Source: Bigelowiella natans CCMP2755 (taxonomy: Eukaryota > Protista > Cercozoa). Taken from it: a stretch of DNA of 48,514 bases. The stretch spans positions 1 through 48,514 of the forward strand of contig ADNK01001824.1 in assembly GCA_000320545.1 (NCBI GenBank), read 5' to 3'. Shown here in pieces: positions 38,617 to 48,514 of this stretch. Position 1 is the stretch's first letter. Every line of letters starts with the position of its first letter. The notes below the pieces were generated by a model. That model was not told the DNA's origin and made no database searches. It was given only the letters and a program-made list of their open reading frames with translations. Made by a program: the position numbers and the translations under genes.

Positions 38617-39243
38617 TGTTCTTGGTGGGCTTCATGCTAAGACAGTGGGGCACCCTCTTTTCCCCCCCCCCCCCCCCGGCTTCCGTGGGGAATTCCTCCT
38701 CCTCCTCCTCCTCCTCCTCCTCCTCATCCATGCAATAGCGTGTTTATATCTGCCGTCACCACCTTGTTGGCAGCGAATACTTGCTTCGCTGTGCGGAGAA
38801 CGTCAAATCTGTGGTTGCACGAATATCAACGAACTGCGCTACAACACTGATAGAAACACCTCGGCGGGAAAATGAAGTGTTTACGCCGTTTCAATGTTAC
38901 GCAGCACCAACACCGTCACCACCACAGGGGGGGGGGGGGATAATAGTCATGTGCTCATAATCTCTCCTTAATTAGACGGGTTGTTGGAGAAAGGGGGGAA
39001 AGAAAACAGCAATCACAAAACCACAAAACAGCAGAAAAACAGCAAAGAACCCGATAATCCAGGAAGGGGGGGGGTACGGGGACTTACCTCGGATAAATCA
39101 CTTTTTCCGTTTGGTTTCTACGATATTGGAATTCTTCTCCTTCGCCCCCCTCCTCGTCGTCGTCGTGGTCAACCTCATCATAATAGTGCACCGGCCTTTC
39201 GAGGGAGAGTCTTGTGCATACTTTGACACCGTCATCCTCGTCG

Positions 39244-39277
<34 letters not shown>

Positions 39278-40045
39278 AATCCTGAGCGTATTCACTGTCA
39301 TGTTGCCGACGACGATTATGCCTCCCCAACCTCCCCACCCCCCGGCGGCGTTTATACCCAGCTCGCGGCAGGAGTGGGTACAGCCGTGCCAGCCAGGGGG
39401 GACAGCAAGGGTCAAGAGAAGGTGTTCGTGACGATGACGATGACGCGGTTGCAGCTTTGTGCACTTCTTTTACAACGCTCTTGCTTCTTCTCCTTCCTCC
39501 TCCTCCCCCTCTTCTTCTTCTTCTTCTTCTTCTTTTCCCTCTCGATGAGGAGTGTAGGAACGGTAAAGAAGCAGAGGGGGGAGATGATGACGACGACGAT
39601 GATGATAGCGTCTGATCCTCCGGCCAAAAAATGCAGGAGAGACGCAGATACCTGCAAAATGAAAGAATTGGGATTATAGCACTTTAATCACCGAACAACA
39701 AAATTGCGAGCTGAGCATCGGCGTGCAAGCTTTTATCATTAGCTTGCACTTTCAATTTTTTCAGATTCAGTGTTTCCTTTACTTCTACGCCGGCCGGTGT
39801 GTAAGTGTATGTGTGCAGCATTGGGCAAGCTCAGAAGGGAGTAGAGGGGAGGGGAGGGTTCTTCTTTCCCCGAATGCATCTACCACTACTGCTACCTTTT
39901 TAGTATTGAGAATCGTCGGTGGCAAAGAAGCTGGAAGATACACTCCTCAGGACGCCATCCAACGATCTCAGAGATAGGCTCCTATCAACAATCAAACCAT
40001 CAGCTTTGTATTACTGTAAAGTATATGTAGTATTCTCTCTATATA

Positions 40046-40091
<46 letters not shown>

Positions 40092-40180
40092 AGATTCAAC
40101 AAGATATAATACACCGTATGCACACATGTAGGTAACATCATGGAAACCTTACCTCCATCTCTTCCGCAATATCCTAAGTT

Positions 40181-40255
<75 letters not shown>

Positions 40256-40393
40256 AATATGTATATTTGCTCGATCCATGGGAATTATATTCATCCTGGA
40301 GATTTGTACCACAGACGAGACAATGCAGGCCACGGTATTGCGGTATTGCACACATGACGCGACGACGACAACACAGAGAGAAAGGTTGATTTG

Positions 40394-40432
<39 letters not shown>

Positions 40433-41494
40433 TTGCGTTGACCTTAAGAACGCCTTCAAAAAACCTTCTCGATACATCCCTTCTATAGCGAACAGCGTGC
40501 AGCATCCTTGAGAGTCTCATCATGACATCAACGTGTTGGATTTCTACGGCTGCTTTCTTCTCCTCCTGCTGTTGTTGGTGCTGCAGCAGCTTCTCATCAG
40601 CAGCATCAGCATCATCATCCCCGTTGTCATTTTCGGGCTCTGTGCTTTGGTGACGTTGTTGTTGTCGCCGTCTTTGACGAATCTTCTGCTTCTCCTCGGC
40701 GATTGCAGCTTCCTTATATGCAAGTAGGCACAGTGCACCTATGAACCTTTTGAGCGGCCAACCACCGCCGGGAAGAGGAGAGACAAGAAAAGGAAGGGGG
40801 GGGGGGGGGGGGGTTATATTGTGGTAGTAGCGAGTTATTATTCTGACGATGACGGTGATATCATGGAAGTATTCCCTGCCAGCTTGCTTCCCCCCTCCCC
40901 TCCCCTCCCTCTCTCTCTCTCAGAAATCATCTATTCTTCAGTTCAAAATCCCCACCACCGCCGCCACCATTTCCCATCATATTGATATCTCCTCCCGTTA
41001 ATAACGAACAACTCACCCTGGAAATCGGTCGCCTTTCAAAGCCCAGAGATCCATGATGGCCTTGAGGCCCTCCGCGCTGTGCGCGCGTTTTTTAGCCATT
41101 GCAGCCAATGCGAGGACCGGACTCTTTTCCTCTCCGTATACCTCCGCGTCCAGAAGCTCAGACATGAGCTTGTTGTAGGAGGGGGAGAAGAGGGGGAGGG
41201 GGGGGGGTGCATCTCCCTCTTCTGCCCGCCTCACGCCTCCCTCCTCCTCCCCGGATGCGAAGGAGGGAAAGTGTGGGTGTTTGGGTTAAGGACGGTGCAT
41301 GGTTCCCAGGGGGCTAGATGATCAATAGCCCCGAGGGAGAAGATATGTTTGCGATGTGATGAGGTATACAACAACTGCTAATGGAAGAAGGCGACGCCAT
41401 GCCTCCCCCCTCCCTACGGAGGAAGAGGAGGAGGAGGATGATGATGACATGTGCAATTAAATATCATCAACGTGGTAGTGTTTCACACATTCAC

Positions 41495-41536
<42 letters not shown>

Positions 41537-41794
41537 TTTACCATTTTTCTTCTGGCACGATGCAGCTGATGAACCGCGCTTTCGCTTATAGCAACAGCTA
41601 CGTGATTTGGCGGGAGGACAAGGAAGGGAGAACGCGGCAGAAGAGTAGCAGCAGCAGCAGCAGCAGCAGATGGTGTTTCTGTGCTCTCTGGCGATGTTCG
41701 CGTTATTCCCTCCGCTGCTGCTGCTGCTGCTGCTGTATTTGTAAATAATAATTTCTCAGCCTTCCGTAATGTGCCAACGGATGATACCTGCCGC

Positions 41795-41830
<36 letters not shown>

Positions 41831-42023
41831 GAATCAGAGTTGCGCTCAAAAGATGGCAGCAGCTTTGAGAGGGTCTCCCACTCACGGAATGACACGAATT
41901 CGTGTTCAACGATTGTGTTTCTTTTTTACCCCTGCAACCCAGAGAGTGATGATGACTCGCAGCAGTGTAGAGAAGACGCCGTTGATCCGAGGAGGCAGCG
42001 GAAGTATCTTATACAAACACACA

Positions 42024-42072
<49 letters not shown>

Positions 42073-43593
42073 ACACACGAGAACCGCTCAGCGAGAAATT
42101 CCTTGCTCAAAAAAGAAGGAATAGAATGAACGGAAACAGAAAGGCTTTAGATGAAGAATTGCTGCTATCTGTGAGGTTGCAAATCCAATAGCTGCCTTGA
42201 CCGCGTTTCGCATATGTTATTCGCTCCATTTAAGTTACAGACGCCTTTCTCAGCACAATGTCATCATCATCATCATCATCATCATTCATCATCATTCATC
42301 ATCATCATCATCACTCACCAGAGCCTGAGTCTCGAGCGCCTCTGTAAGCAAGGAGATCGCTGCCGGAAACAAGCACATTTCGCATAATCGCTCCAGTACG
42401 CAGCTCAGGAGACGAATGTCGATCTGGGCAAAAGATTGTTGTTGATGACGAATTGTCGGTATGTGGGTAAGGAATGATGACAGGGATGATTGAGGCGGGG
42501 CATGCTATAGCTAGGAACGTTCCGAAGGAGAAAGCATGCCCATCAACGCACTCACGTTCTTCTCGCGAGCAGCCTCCTTTGCCTCGGAGAATCTTGAGAG
42601 TTGCATGCTATTGAGAGGCCTCCGAAGCCCGAGAAGCAGCGATGATGAGGACGATGACGAAGAGGCTGTTGTTGTTGTTGATGATGATGATGATAGCGCG
42701 AGAAGGCTCATGGCCAGATGTCTCGCACCCAGGCGAACGAGGTAAAAACGACGATCTTCGCATCGAAGTGGCACCCAGATTGAGACCTTGCGGCCTGACA
42801 TGAGCAAAACAACAAGGAGCAGCTCGGTCGGCCTCACAACGCACTCTCCGCAAACATCCCAGCCCAGCGACAAGTGATGCTGCTACCGGCTATAAGAGCG
42901 GCAACCCAGGAGTCTCCACAATCACCACCACCACCACCATCATCATCATATCATCAGTAGCAGCAGCAGAGTCGAGGCCAGCACATCAAGAATGGCGTGA
43001 AATCAACGACAGAAAAGAAACAGGTTCTCGAGTTTACTTGCAATGTAGAGCCACTTGAGCTGTGCGCGGATGAATCGTAGCAAACGCTGGGAAAGCACAG
43101 AAAACAGGGGGGGGGGGTGGGGGTTGGCGAAGGATGGAGGTGCTAAGAAACTGCCGCTATTCCTTTTCTCCTACTCACAATATACTACTACAACTAAAGC
43201 TTTTACAACTTCTACTACATCTACTGCTGCTGCTGCTGCTATTCCTACCCGCAATTTGTTTGATTTTCGGGCACAGCTTTTCCAGTAGTAAAATGCCGGG
43301 TACAATAGAGTCACGCGCTCCGAGTACGAGACGCTATTATATGTTGTTATCACCATGTCGGTCAAGGTTATAATCACCGCTATCATCAACGACAAACCGC
43401 GTAGCTATGTATGGCTGCCCCCCCCTCTCCCCCGCCACCGTGCACGGTATCTATCTCACCGGAGTGCGTGCTCGTTATCGAGAAGGTAGTTGTGAAGTCG
43501 GTAAAATAGAGCTGAACGATGGGTTACGACAGAGGGGTTTCGTGGACATGACGGTGAGGATGATGATAACGATGATGATGACGATGATGATGA

Positions 43594-43625
<32 letters not shown>

Positions 43626-43702
43626 TTGACCCAACCTCCAAGGAGTTTCTCGCTCCATTCCTGCAAGAAGAAAACAAGTGTGAGAAGACAAATTTTATAA
43701 TG

Positions 43703-43739
<37 letters not shown>

Positions 43740-44299
43740 TATATTAATATTATAATATACATGTTACACACGCACAATCACGCGAAGAAGAGGAGACGCG
43801 TAGATATGACCAACGTTCGCATTTTCACATTATCAAAGCTAGGTTACTATTAGCGACCGGCTGGACCCTTCGCATGTTCTCCGAGATGAATACGCTCCTG
43901 TGTGTTGTTTCATGGAGAGAGAGAGGGGGCAGAGGAGAGAGCGAAATAAGGAGATTCTTCTTGTCGTTTATTATGAATGGATCGGATGGTGACGATGCGC
44001 CAAACAAGTATTTCTCCTCAATGAGCGCTGCTTTTTCAACCAAGGATGAACTGATGATGACGTCAACGACCACACGCGCACACGCACACAAGAATGGATT
44101 GTTGTCCACCAAAGAACACGAAGAGACCTTTCCTTCTCCAAACGCCCAAGGGCAATATTAGTAGCCGCAGCAGCAGCAGCAGCAGCAGCAGCGGGTGATG
44201 ACGATGATGCCGATTTAGACGATGACGACGCCTCTACGAGCGAGGAGGACGCAGTAGCAGCCTCCCTTTGCACACCCAGCAGCTCTTGGAACGATTGCT

Positions 44300-44331
<32 letters not shown>

Positions 44332-44405
44332 AGGGCGAACGGAGAAGGAAAAGAAGAAGACGAACGCAGAAGGCAGAAGGCAGAAGAAGAAGAAGAAGAA
44401 GAAGA

Positions 44406-44444
<39 letters not shown>

Positions 44445-44572
44445 ATTGTTAATTCAATAGCGGAAGAGGAAGAGTCCAAAATGAAAGAGGAGGAGGAGGA
44501 GGAGGAGGAGGCAACAGCAGTGGCATGTGAATCCAACAAAAACATAATGCATGTATTATTTGTGCTGCTATA

Positions 44573-44610
<38 letters not shown>

Positions 44611-44936
44611 GATGTCACCAGGATGTCATCACAAGCCATCTCAGCGGCTTGCTGATCGCCCTGCTGCATCCCCATATTATGACCATAGAGCTCGTGCACA
44701 CGCCGCGTCTATGGATATGATGTTGTAGCACAGCACGAGGAGGAGGAGCAGCCGGTAATTACGAAGACAAAACCAAGAGACGGTGGCAGGTGAGGTGAGG
44801 ACGATGATGATGATGATGATGACGATGATGACGGTGATGATGATTACTTTACATTGTGGTGGAAAAGAAAGAGAGGAGAAGAGAGGCTGCATTACTACGT
44901 TTTGCTTGAAAATATCAGTCCGTACCGACAATTGAC

Positions 44937-44978
<42 letters not shown>

Positions 44979-45715
44979 CACACACACACAAACGCACTTC
45001 TCGCGCGAGCGCATATACATTCTATAAAATATATAAATATACACAAACATGCGTATATATATATATATATATATATATTAATCAAATGTTTGTGTGGGCC
45101 GTATTGCATGCTCGCGCACAGACCGGAAGCTTGGAAGAAACAGTAATCCTCCAGCGGCTGATGGCAATAATGTATGCGACGATGCAATCACCGATATGGG
45201 ACGACAGAGGATATTTGGACAAACAGCGAAAATACAAACGGGGAGAGAAGGGGGGGGGGGGGAGGGGGGGAGGCTTTTCTACGCAAATCTGCTAGTGAAG
45301 CCATTCATTAATTGGAGAAGAAACCTGTCTATAAAATGATGATGATCGTCGTTGTCATCATCTCTGCCCCGGCCCTCATTTCTCCTTCTTCGTCGTGTGC
45401 GATTGTTTTCATTTGCTCTTCGTCCTCCCCCCATTCCCTCCAGCATGCAGAGCCCTCCAGTCTGCATTGCCAATCCATCAACAGCAGTTAGTTACAGAAG
45501 AAGAAGAAGAAGAAGAAGAAGAAGAAGAAGAAGAAGAAGCAGCAGCAAAAGCATCATGCTATCGTCATGTTGTCGATTCTTCTTCTTGTAGTTGTTGATG
45601 ATGCTGTGCTGCAAAAGGTTGATTTGACGGGGGGTTCTTGCAGCAAAACAACGAGAAAGATGTAGCAATAAGCGCTTTTACTCTGCTGCATAGATTTAAT
45701 ATTATTCCGCATTGC

Positions 45716-45746
<31 letters not shown>

Positions 45747-47762
45747 TCGCTCTCTCACCTGGCGATTATATGCAAGCTCAACATGCCGCGCATTGATACG
45801 CGTGTGGATTTTGTAGAAAGGCGACTCAGCATACGGCGTGATCTAAGTAGCAAGAAGAAGGGGGATTGGGAGAGGAGAGGAGAGGAGGAAGAAGAAACGT
45901 TACGATGAATTCCGTCGAGCCCACACACATACACACATATCAATGATGGACGCAGCAGCAAAACACGCAACATTAATGATGACGATGACGATGACGATGA
46001 TGACGACGAAATTCGTCCAACCTGCCACTTTGTGATGAGCGTGCGGGGATGTATATGTCCCTTTGTCACCACGATTCTTCCACTCTCAGCTGATGAGTGT
46101 AAGCAAGATATTAATAATATGTTAAAATCTGTCGGAGTATGGAACCAGGTCAGGCCCCCCCACCCCCCCCCCACCTTTCCATACCACGCGCAACGATTTA
46201 ATTCACAAGTTCAATCGCGAACGGGATCACAGGACAAACGCGTACATGCTCTCGCAAACAAGAAAGAAGTAACAGAACTCCCATCATCGTCATAGTTGTC
46301 ATCATCATCATCATCATCGTCATCATCATCGTCATCGTCGTCATCATCGTCATCATCATCACACCGTCCACTGCCAGAGCCCGCCGAATACTTCGTCGTG
46401 GAGGCCGTTGTGAGTAATACGAGGTTGCAAGTTGAGGAGACGCATCGTTCTCTTCGTCGCTGGTGCTGCTGTTTTCTGAAGTAGCATCATCGTCCAGGTC
46501 TTTTCTTCTTCTTCTTCTTCTTCTTCGCCTCCTGTAATCTCCCCTGCCGCCATCCTGAACATCCCTCTCTCGTTCTACTTCTTCTTCATCGTCACTCCTC
46601 CCACCCCCCCTCTCCTCGTCCTCGTCGTCGTCATCGAAGGCACCTTCATTGTCCTCCTCCTCTTCCTCCCCCTCCCCCTCCTCCTCCCTTTGATCTACTA
46701 CAATCAGAGGCACAATCTCGTAGTATGTGCCAGTTTCGTCGATATCAAACTTTCTCAAAACCCACTGCGTGGGAGTCTCATCATTCACGTCATCGTTGTC
46801 CTCCTCCTCCTCCTCCTCCTCACCAGCAGTACGTGGGAGGTCCTTAGTCATAAGAACGGCGCTGGGGGGGGAGGCATCGAAGCCAAGAAATACACCGCGG
46901 CGGCGGCGACGATGGTGAGAATGATAATGGTGGCGACGATCTGCACTAAGTCTCATCTCTCCGGCTCCTCCTTCTTCTCCCCCGGACGCAACGGAAATCT
47001 CGACGTACTGCGATTCACGGAAATGAACAGCAGGAGGGGGAGGAGGAGGAGGAGGGAGGGGGGGGGGGGGGGGGGGAGTGGTGGCTGTTTGAGTGACGAT
47101 GTATGCAAACGTATCATGGAAGATGAAACATAAGTGCCTGCTCGCTTGCTGTATCTCTATATGATAATAATGATGATAATGATAATAATGATAAAGTTAC
47201 TAATACTAATAATAATAATGATAATGACAAGCAGCACTCTTCCTTCTGCTGCTGCTCCGATAAAGCACAAAGGCGCAATCACACACCTGGAGGTGGTCGT
47301 TGCTGCTGCTGCCCCCCTCTGTCCACAGCGGGTACCGCACCGCCTAAAAGTAGTATTTATTGTTTACAGGGTCCGATGATGATGCTGTTGCTGCTGCTGA
47401 TGATGATGATGAAGGAGGAGCGCTAACGTACCTCCTCCACCGAGAGCGCGCCATGGAAAAGCTGCGGTGCGGTCTCATGGATTTCCCTAGTACGGTAAGG
47501 CAAGGAGGGGGGGGAGGGCGAGGAGGTTAATGCCGCCTCCTCCTCTTCCTTCTCCTCCTTTTCCTCCCCCTTAGTATCACTCAAATCCCGCTGTTGAAGC
47601 ACGATGTCAAGCCCTTTAAAGAACGTTGCGGAGAGGGCGGGGAGGAAGGCATATCCGCACTCTGACAAGGATCGGTAAAGACCCCATTTTCTGGCGAAAT
47701 CAAAGCAGAAGCGAAAGCAAAAGCAGCAAGGGGCAGTAGCAACAACGATTCAATGGGAGAGG

Positions 47763-47803
<41 letters not shown>

Positions 47804-47979
47804 TTTAACAACTACTTCGCGCGTAAGTGTGTTTGAGTGTGTTTGGGTGCGTGCGTGCGTGCGTGCGTGCGTGTGTTTGTGGTAGATCCGTAAATATCCA
47901 TCATCTTATTAATAGTATTAGGAAAGACAACATTAGCACTACAATGAACCTTCGAAAGCTGCTGCTGCTGCTTCTACGG

Positions 47980-48014
<35 letters not shown>

Positions 48015-48514
48015 GCTACTGCTACTACTATTAATGTATGATATAATGCCTAGTCCCACTACTATTACTACCGAGCGGAGTCTTGCTGCGTAAGAAAGGA
48101 AATGCCTTGGAAAACATACGTGTACATTATAACAAAGTATTATTTAGTAGAGAGCTTAATCATGACAAGGCCATCAATTGAGAGTTAGTAGTCGTCATCA
48201 TTTCGATGCTGTATTTATCTCGCCGTACTCACAACAAACATTCCTCGCCAAGGCTGCTAAATCACTGACCCCTCTTCATCAGCTCATACGTGGCGATTTG
48301 ACCCCATCGAGACTCGCGGATGCTTGTAGCGTACTGCAAGTGTATGGAACGCATTTCTTTATGTATTCATTGCATGCACAGCTTTCATGTTCTTACAGGT
48401 GTGGACTACTGATGTTCATGTCAGCACGGACCTCAGCTTCCTTCCTCACGCTATTCACGTATTGCGGTGCAGATTTTATCTGCCGATTGTGATGATGGTC
48501 AGGGGGGGGGGGGG
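32096..48514 (-). CDS. very large multi-exon gene of unknown function (5' end apparently beyond the window), with a probable ricin-B-like beta-trefoil region
   Basis: A chain of minus-strand exons bounded by AG/GT, phase compatible where traced (e.g. ...GVLMRAGLPKKLNKEPN|VYDQYPGFT...SYK|ILQSTCD...LILL|EREGQEQ...VLTRRI*; AREKN|IDIRLLSCVLERLCEM...QAL|EFLAERF; an exon IKSAPQYV...SPHL|gtaag at ~48480-48398). No intergenic-type sequence occurs inside the span. Not every junction was traced, so two same-strand genes cannot be excluded. Confidence 0.6.
32822..48030. repeat. dense intronic and coding microsatellites ((TA)n, (CA)n, (CT)n, (CAT)n, (GCT)n, (ACT)n, (GAA)n, poly-G/C); also dense at 1-2484, 10200-14020, 21560-22170 and 25915-27460
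   Basis: Simple repeats are directly visible. They explain most of the spurious low-complexity ORFs in the six-frame track. Confidence 0.98.

Noticed and set aside
105-48093. Many ORF-track entries with YIYI, THTH, CVCV, ERER, poly-M or poly-L
   Set aside because: These are translations of microsatellites or antisense shadows of real exons.
48178-48492. Possible + strand gene start at the window end
   Set aside because: The minus strand has better splice signals (ggcag|ATAAAA...CACCT|gtaag) consistent with the large minus-strand gene continuing.
1-48514. CRISPR arrays, rRNA, autonomous transposon or viral ORFs, non-canonical introns
   Set aside because: I saw no regularly spaced direct repeats, rRNA motifs, or transposase/RT/capsid motifs, and all introns I traced are GT-AG.

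Overview
This is eukaryotic nuclear DNA from an intron-rich protist-like genome with canonical GT-AG introns, many of them filled with microsatellites. A CCDC15-like gene suggests the organism has centrioles or flagella, but the taxon cannot be determined from the sequence. I reconstructed ten protein genes by hand, and their orientation alternates strictly (+ - + - + - + - + -). In order they are: an unknown partial gene, an alpha-kinase ending in a CaaX box, a TPR protein, a CLK/LAMMER kinase, a CCDC15-like protein, a SAP-MATH-BTB protein, NOG2/GNL2, an intronless D-2-hydroxyacid dehydrogenase, a 14-3-3 protein, and a >16-kb unknown gene with a probable beta-trefoil. The strongest unexplained signal is non-coding. 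All five tail-to-tail spacers are dense in short palindromes and hairpins (CATG, TGCA, AGCT, GCTAGC). Four of them share degenerate copies of a modular repeat family, including a fold-back element, which I did not notice in genes or head-to-head spacers. This is a candidate bidirectional terminator/boundary system or a transposon family confined to convergent spacers. Separately, long microsatellites seem to be absent from the first ~1-1.6 kb of each gene. All alignments and exon models were made by eye.
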